A stretch of DNA of 63,749 nt, filler included, from Octopus bimaculoides (taxonomy: Eukaryota), in NCBI RefSeq assembly GCF_001194135.2. It is 7 parts of 6 records of this genome, joined end to end, with 100 filler letters (N's around TTAATTAATTAA, not from the genome) between each part and the next. Parts side by side here need not be neighbours in the genome. Positions count along the whole stretch, not along the records: positions 52,381 to 62,569 come from NC_069002.1; positions 62,670 to 63,749 come from NC_068983.1; 5 more parts are not named here. One strand, given 5' to 3'. The position numbers and the translations under genes were made by a program. Numbering within the stretch: the stretch's first letter is position 1; every line of letters starts with the position of its first letter. Shown in pieces: positions 54,339 through 63,749 of this stretch. The notes below the pieces were generated by a model. It did not search any database, was not told the DNA's origin, and saw only the letters and a program-made list of their open reading frames with translations.

Positions 54339-54884
54339 TGCCCCTTCCACTACTACCACCACAACAACCACCATCAAAACCGCCACCACCACTTGCACTA
54401 CCACCAGCACAAATACTACTACTACTACTACTACTACTGTTGCTGCTGCTACTGCTGTTGCTGCTGCTGCTACTGCTGGTACGACTACTACGGCCACCTC
54501 CACCCCCACCACCATCACCACCACCACCNNNNNNNNNNTACTACTACTACTACTACTACTACTGTTGCTGCTGCTGCTGCTACTGCTGTTGCTGCTGCTG
54601 CTACTGCTTGTACGACTACTACGGCCACCTCCACCCCCACCACCATCACCACCACCACCACCACAATTAGCACCACTAGTAGTAGTGCTGGTGGTGGTGG
54701 TAATGGTGGAGGTGATGATTTTTGTTCGTCACTCCTGATCATTACGAGTAGGTCAATCAAGGGTGATCAAGCGGTATGTGTGCCAGTAGATGCTAGATGT
54801 AGACCGTATGGGGTCTACATCTAGCATATTGGATGTCCACTTAGTGGTCATCCCTCTTATATGTTTATAATATGTAATTCTTAT

Positions 54885-55112
54885 TTCCTTACTGCCCACA
54901 AGGGGCTAAACATTGAGGGGACAAACAAGGACAGACAAAGGAATTAAGTCGATTACATCGACCCCAGTGCATAACTGGTACTTAATTTATCGACCCAGAA
55001 AGGATGAAAGGCAAAGTCGACCTCGGCGGAATTTGAACTCAGAACGTAACGGCAGACGAAATACCGCTAAGCATTTCGCCCGGCGTGCTAACGTTTCTGC
55101 CAGCTCGCCGCT
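54885..55112 (-). mobile_element. SINE family A (tail type 2), full length
   Basis: High similarity to 3262-3493 and 59128-59372. Confidence 0.9.
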
Positions 55113-55152
55113 TTTCGTCTACCTAATAATACCTCCACCAATCCAGTGGTAA

Positions 55153-55276
55153 GAAACTCTCAAGAGAGCTGAAGAGCAGAAGGTCTTCAGAGGCGAAGTC
55201 TCCGTCAGACAAGTGTTACAGCCCTCAAATTCTAAGACAAATAAGCTTCAACAACCCAGGCTATATGGCTTACCAA
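55153..55276 (+). mobile_element. Possible Penelope-like RT remnant
   Basis: RQVLQPSNSKTNKLQQPRLYGLP resembles the PLE L.P..S..P.LYGLPK motif. Confidence 0.45.
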
Positions 55277-55700
55277 CGTGTGGTATATAGTCCACTGATA
55301 CCCGTCTATGGTCAAGGTATTTAACTGTCACCAATTCAGTTTACCTATCTGAGAGTAGGTACCACTGTGATACATACCTCGCAGAACAGTATTAACGATT
55401 ACCTGTGTGTAGCCCAGTCTACCTAGCTGTATCAAGCTTCCAAAGAGTGGTATAGTTCTTTATACTATGCCTATGATTATATAACGTATCTATTAATAGC
55501 TCAGTACAATTAAATGTAAGTTGGGACCATTGTTTGTGAAGGTTTTATTGAATGTTTTTGATTTTTAAGAGCGTCCAGTATGATTTAATATTAACATCTT
55601 GAGCAACGATCTAACGACTCTAATTCTGCATCATAACACATCTTTTCATCAGACATATACTAGCAATTATTATTATTATTATTACTATTATTATTATTAC

Positions 55701-55736
<36 letters not shown>

Positions 55737-58019
55737 CATTATTAAATTGAGTCTAATCCAATATGGCGAAATTTTCTATAGCAGACATTTTGTTAAAGTC
55801 TAGAATACTAATTTGGTTTGGAAAACATCGACAAACATTCTTGTTTTGAATATGAAAAGCTCAATAGCTGCATCTATTACTTCAGTGCACAATGAAGCGT
55901 TGTCTTTGCCGTTGTTATCAAAGACAGAAACGTAGGTTTTTAGAAAGAATTTGCAGAGCTCTTCTCCTAGAAACTTTGGTCTATTGTCTGCCACAAACAC
56001 AGGATGGCGAACAAAAGTAATAAGCAGCCATTGTTTTCGGTATGTAAATTTGTTCCCTGGAAAAGAATTGCTAGAATTACAGTGGTCTTGTCTCATACTC
56101 TTCTACGTCTATGCAAACAGCGCTGTCTGTACATACATACGTACATACACACACACACACACACATACATACATACATACATGCTTGCATGCATACATAC
56201 TCACATACATACACACATACATGCATACATGCATACATACATGCATGTATATATACATAGATACGTACATATATAGATACATACACACACATATATATAC
56301 ATAATTTGTCTGTAAACACTATCAATATCAATACAACTTAAATAATGTCTCCAGCTCGGTCGTTCTGCCTACTGTCTGTCTGTCTCTCTCTGTATACATG
56401 CATACATACATAAATGCATACACATACACACATGTATAAAAACCCATACATACATGCATATATATTTGCTCGTGTAAACGTTTGGTGCCCCTATTTGAAC
56501 TCGCGAACCCATCTACATAATATATCACAGATACATCGTATATATTTAAATGGAGGCGGCAACAGATCATTAGCTTACAGAACCAGGATTGACCTGGGGT
56601 TAAACCACAATAACAACAACAAAACAACGACGTCAACAACGATAGCAATATCAACAATTGAAGTCAGTACTTAATCGTAGACTTGTTCGATCTAATATTG
56701 GTCTGGGCGAACGAAAGATCAACAAATAAACTTGGTATTGTATTTAATCGATGTTATTGTAGCGTGAGGCAATAAACCGGTTCTGATTTAGAAGAGTGCA
56801 GAAGGGAAAACAGTTATAAGTTATCTGTTATCTCAAAAGTCTTCAGGAATGTCTCTCTACTGATAAGGTTCTTGTTGTTATTATTGTTGTTCATTTGATC
56901 AAGTCATTCTCTAAAGCCTTTCATACTTATAAAAACCACAGATTTAACCTCTTCAGATATGCAGTTGCCTCCTCTGTTAGTCCTGTCAGAATTTCCGTCA
57001 GAAAGCTTCTGCGAATTGTACGACATTAAGTTTCATTCATACAAATTTTATTTTGTATGAATAAAAATTGATGCAATTGGGAATGTTGTCTCAAATTTGG
57101 AATTTGGAACATTCTAGATTCAAAATTTCCAAATTCATAAACAGCGACCTCGGTTCTTTAAACTCTTTGTTCTTTGCATAATTTCATTTCAATCCGAGGC
57201 TGCCAGACTATTTGTTGTGTGGATGATTTCGTAAACAAGAATATCAGTTCTCAAACACTTTTATTGTTGTTGCTGCTTCTGTTACTGTTGTTGTTGTTTA
57301 TTTGAATAATTTCACAAACCACAATGCCAGATTCTTCAACTCCTTGCAGTTGTTTTCATGATTTTAGAAACAATACTTCCTTGTTCTTTTGTTGACGATT
57401 ACACAAACAATGAACCCAGGTCTCAATAAAATGTTGTCACATGACTGTCTTCAGATAGAACAATCCCAAATTACAAAGATATTTACTGTTTGAATGATTT
57501 CAACAATAATGAAGTGATCTCATACTGATGTGAAGTAAAAATAATAAGATTTCAGTTTTCAGACAGCTAAGTGTGATTTGAGCGGGAATTGTCTGTTATT
57601 TCTAGCAAGCCGGTTAAACATCAACATGGAGGGTAATCACGTAGTTAAGAACTTACTTAATGTCGTATGCTGCTGCAGTTCTGGTTTAGCCCTAGGTCAA
57701 TCTAACTGTGCATAACTGTGATCAAAATCATCCAATTTGTGACCACCTCGTCTATTTTTATATTTAATGTATGCAGGCAGAGAACATAAGGTCATAATGA
57801 GAGGAAGATAGACAGAGACGGACATTAGTTCTTGATTGGTTAGCTAATGAGGTTAGCTTATAGAATAGGAATTGTTATTATTATTGAATGCGTCGCACCA
57901 GATCCAATATTGTAATGTTGGGCATTGAAGATATTGTGTGTGCCGCAGATTTGTGGTCCATATGACCGTTCGGGGTCCACATAAGATGTTATCGTTAACA
58001 TTTATGTGAAATAAATTGG

Positions 58020-58225
58020 CTATCCAGGACTCATTCTTTGTAAGTCTAGTACTTATTGTATCGGTCTCTTTTGCCGAACCGGTATGTTACGGGGACGTAA
58101 ACACCCCCCCATCGGTTGTCAAGCGATGTTGGGGGTGGGGACAAACACAGACACACAAACTTATACACACACATAAATATATATATATATACATATACAT
58201 ATATACGACGGACGTCTTTCATCTA
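58020..58225 (-). mobile_element. SINE family B internal fragment
   Basis: CAGGACT.ATTCTTTGTAAG.CTAGTACTTATT...GCCGAACC...CGGTTGTCAAGCGATGTTGGGG. Confidence 0.8.
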
Positions 58226-59127
58226 AATTCCATCAAGGTCGACTTTGCGTTTCATCTTGTCGTGGTCGATGAAATATTAACCAGGTGTGCACTGAGGACG
58301 TTTTAGTCGACTTGCACTCCACGCCGAAATTTTCAGGCCTCGGGCCAACAGGAGAAAAAAGAATTACTATTGCTATTAATAGTTTTCCGAAGTTCAAATT
58401 AAACCAGCCATCCATGAAACAGTTTTAAGTGCATCGACATTCCTGGATGAAGTGGAACATTCCAAATCGAATGGNNNNNNNNNNNNNNNNNNNNNNNNNN
58501 NNNNNNNNNNNNNNNNNNNNNNNNNNNNNNNNNNNNNNNNNNNNNNNNNNNNNNNNNNNNNNNNNNNNNNNNNNNNNNNNNNNNNNNNNNNNNNNNNNNN
58601 NNNNNNNNNNNNNNNNNNNNNNNNNNNNNNNNNNNNNNNNNNNNNNNNNNNNNNNNNNNNNNNNNNNNNNNNNNNNNNNNNNNNNNNNNNNNNNNNNNNN
58701 NNNNNNNNNNNNNNNNNNNNNNNNNNNNNNNNNNNNNNNNNNNNNNNNNNNNNNNNNNNNNNNNNNNNNNNNNNNNNNNNNNNNNNNNNNNNNNNNNNNN
58801 NNNNNNNNNNNNNNNNNNNNNNNNNNNNNNNNNNNNNNNNNNNNNNNNNNNNNNNNNNNNNNNNNNNNNNNNNNNNNNNNNNNNNNNNNNNNNNNNNNNN
58901 NNNNNNNNNNNNNNNNNNNNNNNNNNNNNNNNNNNNNNNNNNNNNNNNNNNNNNNNNNNNNNNNNNNNNNNNNNNNNNNNNNNNNNNNNNNNNNNNNNNN
59001 NNNNNNNNNNNNNNNNNNNNNNNNNNNNNNNNNNNNNNNNNNNNNNNNNNNNNNNNNNNNNNNNNNNNNNNNNNNNNNNNNNNNNNNNNNNNNNNNNNNN
59101 NNGTGTGTGTATACTTACATTGCGAGC

Positions 59128-59372
59128 CTAACGATTCTTATTTCTTTATTGCCCACAGGGGGCTAAACATAGAGGGGACAAACAAGGACAGACAAATGGG
59201 TTTAAGTCGATTACGTCGACCTTAGTGCGTAACTGGTACTTAATTTAATCGATCCCGAAAGGTTGAAAGGCAAAGTCGACCTCGGCGGAATTTGAACTCA
59301 GAACGTAACGGCAGACGGAATACCACTAAGCATTTCGCCCGGCGTCCCTAACCATTCTGCCAGCTCGCCCCC
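59128..59372 (-). mobile_element. SINE family A (tail type 2), full length
   Basis: TTCTTATTTCTTTATTGCCCACAGGGGGCTAAACATAGAGGGGACAAAC...CTGCCAGCTCGCC. Confidence 0.9.
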
Positions 59373-59654
59373 TTCTTTGAGTTATTAATATTAAAATTCC
59401 AAAGTAAAACCGGGTTAGTGCAGCTAGTTTGTGTATATAGACATCGAAATTGGTTTATATGGCCAAGGTTATATAAACAATATTCGTCTATGATTGACGT
59501 TGTGTAAACTGAATAAAACAGACATATATATACACAGGTGGGTATAAAGATGAAGAAAAAATATTTTATGCTTTTGAATACGACAAAGAGAACGAAATGA
59601 CGCACAAACCGCATATAGACTTTGGTATAGATGCGTTCATACACACTTAATTAT

Positions 59655-59899
59655 CTTTTATTGTGTTCTTACTTTGACTTGTTTAAATCGGCGGACTGCG
59701 GACATGCTGGAGCATCGTCTCGAAGGCTTACTAGTCGAATGAATTGACTCCAGGACTTATTTTTTTGTTACGCCTGGTACTTATTGTGTCGACATCGTTT
59801 GCCGAACATGTAGCTTAGTGGGAGGTAAACAAACCCACACCTATTGTCAAGTTGTAGTTCTGGAGAAACACAAACACAAAGCCCTTATACCTTCTCTGT

Positions 59900-59940
<41 letters not shown>

Positions 59941-60150
59941 TGTATACATATATATGCACATACATACATCTGCATGTGTGTGTGTATACGACGGGCGTCT
60001 TTGAGTTTGCGCGTCTATCAAATCCACTCACAAGGATTTAATGGGCCTGAGGCTTCAGCAGAAGACCCTTACCCAAGGTGCCACACAGTGGGATTGAATC
60101 CGGAACCTTTTAGTTTGAAAGCAAGCTTCTTACTGCTGAGCCACATTCAC
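59655..60150 (-). mobile_element. Degenerate full-length SINE family B with expanded internal (TG)n
   Basis: Tail GACTGCGGACATGCTGGAGCATCG, head-side AAATCCACTCACAAGG...GGGATTGAATCCGG. Confidence 0.7.
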
Positions 60151-60815
60151 ACTTAGCTATAGAAGCATTACATTCATACAAACATATCATTCGGTGTATT
60201 TCAAAATCTTTGATTTTGTCATCGGGACATTATATAATTCTATGCTTTGTGGGCGATCGAAATACATTCTCACATACACACACAAAAAATGGAAAAATGC
60301 ATCAGGTACTGTGATGAGGAATGCTATATGGTACAATATAAAAGACTTTCCGTTATTATTTTGTATTGCAATAGAATAACAAGACATCAACGAACTGAAT
60401 CGACTCAGATTATATAAAATACAAGGACAAAAAGACATAAACAAGGACGTTCGAAAGAATTAGATATGGTTTGATTCAGTCATGTGCATTAGAAGAATGT
60501 TGTGAGTGAATTCGAGATTGCGCTCTCTGAGAGGCTACTGTCAACTGGTAAATAGAAACTTCGGAGTCACTGTCAACATTTCCCTTGTAAAAATCAACAA
60601 ACATATATTCCATCACGAAGTACTGAGTGATTCTCTTGATGAAATGTTGAAGTTGCTTTTATATACAACTTTCCCTGAAAACAACTATATACATACATAC
60701 ATACATACATATATATATCTATATATGCGTATATGGCACATACATATACATGTACAATATATATACGTACATGTATAAATGTCTCTACTTATGTATAAAA
60801 TTCTCTCTATTTCTT

Positions 60816-60954
<139 letters not shown>

Positions 60955-61060
60955 CATATATATATATATACATATATATATATACATATATGAATATATG
61001 ACATACATATACAATATGTATACATACATGCATGCATCTGTATGTATACATATGTATAAA

Positions 61061-61097
<37 letters not shown>

Positions 61098-61630
61098 CCA
61101 AATATATATATATATGTATATATATTTCATACAGATATATATGTATATGTTTGCATATGTATGTGCGTATCTTTATGAACATAAGTGTGGTTATACATAT
61201 ATTTATATGGACTTACCTCCGTTAGTAGCAATATGTTTGATATTATTTGATGTCGAATTTCTTTGATACGTATGTAAATAAAACCGAGGAAAAACTTCAG
61301 GAAAACAAGTATATATACACAAGCGTATATATATATATGTATGTATATGTGTATTTATGTATGTATGTGTATATTTATATATATATGTGTGTACTGAAAT
61401 ATCTATAGATAGATATATACAGTTGTGTTAACATTCAAGGTGAACTAAGGCTAAGTCACACACAAGCAGGATGTACTTCCCAACATAAAGCTGAAAGCAC
61501 CGCTAGGTGAGTAGATATAATTTTTAGTAACAAACTCTAACAGTCCGCTCGGCTAATCCGCTGGAATAAACGTCACAGATCGCGTGTCAAAGTCTGGATT
61601 AGCTGATAAATTAATTGCTACTGTTTAGCT

Positions 61631-61668
<38 letters not shown>

Positions 61669-61824
61669 GCGCGCAAGTATTTTATGCTGAGGCGCTTTTT
61701 TTTTTAATAGAGGATTTAAAGGCAAAATACTTATATAAACCTTAAGGGCTTGTGTAACTGATTATACTTTCAGCCCTTAGCTTGTGATGTAAGCAGATAT
61801 GAATCTGTTTTATGATATAATAAA

Positions 61825-62040
61825 GGGTGCTGCACTTATGATCGGGAGATCGTGGTTTCGACTCCCATACTGGGCAGCGCGTTGTGTTCTTGAGCAAAAC
61901 ATCCATTTTACGTTGCTCTGAGATTATTCTGACACCTGACGTGTGGCACAATTGTGCACCTGTACAGTGGCAATGTTGATTTGGTAAAGGAAGTGAGCTA
62001 ATGTACAGTACAAACATTTGATCACTATAAACAAATCACC
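61825..62040 (+). mobile_element. tRNA-derived SINE related to families D/E
   Basis: GATCGTGGTTTCGACTCCC...GTTGTGTTCTTGAGCAAAAC. Confidence 0.6.
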
Positions 62041-62685
62041 TGTGTGATGGTTGATCCAGAAATCACACTAGGGTCCATAATATCTGTTCATATAGACGCC
62101 ATGGTTACTTATGAATAATGTTTAATACGACTTGGTTTGTGGATGTGATGAAAGTGAAAGAAAAAAGTAAAATGAACTAATCTATATTACATCAAACATG
62201 ATCGGTTCTGATTCAGGCCAACATTTAATCAGGAGGAGTCAGGCGATACGGTTGATGACAATATATGATTAGTACTTTATTTTATCGATCTTGGAAAAAA
62301 ACAAAAACACAAACATGAAAGGTAAAATCGATTCCGTTGCGATTTGAACGTGCAAAACTGGAATCGAATATTGCAAGGCAGTTTCATTTCGTTGCTCACA
62401 CGAATTATTCGATCGACCACAGTAACACGACATACATACAGAAGTATCAATAAAATATAATATCAGTCGTGCACTGACGTCGTTGGTAATAGTAAGCCCC
62501 TCCCCTCAAAATGTTAGCGTCGTGGCTAGATGTATATGTGCGTGCACATGTTTACTTACGTATGTCTGTNNNNNNNNNNNNNNNNNNNNNNNNNNNNNNN
62601 NNNNNNNNNNNNNTTAATTAATTAANNNNNNNNNNNNNNNNNNNNNNNNNNNNNNNNNNNNNNNNNNNNTATATATATATATATT

Positions 62686-62880
62686 TACGAGGTGCTGCTT
62701 AAAAGATTCCGGCTTTAAGTGTGTCGCGAAACGCCTTGATGGAGGCCCAACCTTACGACTGCTTTACAATGCTTTGAAAGACTGAAGGACTGCTGCTATG
62801 TGTGAATCTGAGAGGGGAATAAAATCATAATTAACTGATCCTCCTGCTTTTTCTTTGACACATATTCAGGAGGTCCACTG
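62686..62880 (+). mobile_element. Possible Tc1/mariner-like remnant
   Basis: Begins TACGAGG..., like 48923 TACGAGGGGTGTATGAAAAGT (mariner-type terminus after TA); no intact transposase. Confidence 0.35.
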
Positions 62881-63469
62881 CATCCCTCGTATATCTATCT
62901 ATCATATACATATACGCACATACACACACAACGTTCTTATTTCAGTTTTTGTCTAAAAGAACCAGTCACCAAGCTTTGGTCAGCCCGAGGGTATAGTAGA
63001 AGATGATTGCCCGAGAAGGGAATGAACCGGAAACCAAAGTGGTTGAGATGCAGATATCTCATCACATATACATATTAAATTTATGTGTGTGAGTGTGTGT
63101 GTGTTTCTCCATAGCCATTCGATGTGCTAAAAACAACAACTAGATTCGCTGCTAGCACCTCCTGCTTTCTTCAATAAAATCTTGCAGACAGAAAAGTGCA
63201 TGGCGGCGGTGACGGCTGAAGCGTTTCCTAATACGTCTAGTCTTAAAGAACTGACCTGAAGCGACATGTTTAATAGAATCTTAGGTAATAGAATCACACG
63301 TGATTCATGTGTGATTCTATTAACCGAATGTTTGTGCCAGTGAATGTGGGATAATATTATACATATATACACATATATGTGTATGTATATAGGTATGTAT
63401 GTATGTATGTATGTATGTATGTATGTATGTATGTATGCAAGGATTTATTTATGTATCTGTCTGTATATA

Positions 63470-63749
63470 TATATACTCTTTTACTCTTTTACTTGTTTCA
63501 GTCATTTTGACTGCGGCCATGCTGGAGCACCGCCTTTAGTCGAGCAAATCGACCCAGGACTTATTCTTTGTAAGCCTAGTACTTATTCTCTCGGTTTCTT
63601 TTGCCGAACCGCTAAGTTACGGGGACATAAACACACCAGCATCGGTTGTCAAGCGATGTTGTGGGGACAAACACAGACACACAAACACACACACACATAT
63701 ATACATATATGCGACGGGCTTCTTTCAGTTCCCGTCTACCAAATCCACT
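63470..63749 (-). mobile_element. SINE family B, 3' part, runs off window
   Basis: (TACTCTTT) tail repeats, RTE-like tail, internal CA/TA tract, GACGGGCTTCTTTCAG. Confidence 0.9.

Noticed and set aside
54415-54660. Duplicated TAC/TGC/CAC compound block either side of 10 N
   Set aside because: Near-identical sequence flanking a tiny gap is most simply an unmerged contig overlap.
60313-60379. NIKDFPLLFCIAI as candidate VIKD exon
   Set aside because: Wrong phase and acceptor position, and a stop precedes the required W...DP.

Overview
AT-rich eukaryotic (metazoan) DNA, very rich in microsatellites and N-gaps. The SINE/LINE complement suggests a cephalopod, probably Octopus (inference). The only host gene I can support is a GABA-B receptor subunit 2-like class C GPCR on the + strand. 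Two consecutive internal 7TM exons are visible (6263-6395, 9000-9107); the flanking exons are not in the sequenced bases. The rest is intronic or intergenic and holds several tRNA-derived SINE families, R4/Dong-like and Tx1/L1-like LINE remnants, Penelope-like (PLE) GIY-YIG/RT remnants, a Helitron 3' end, a foldback element and a degenerate ~40-bp minisatellite. The most notable signals are minimal hammerhead ribozyme motifs in short repeats: one canonical (283-328, +), one decayed (~17383-17425, +), and one on the - strand (41222-41274) whose core carries a compensatory G3:C8 swap. Nearly all ORFs in the supplied track are microsatellite or N-gap artefacts. Repeat boundaries are approximate and family names come from motif recall, not database searches.
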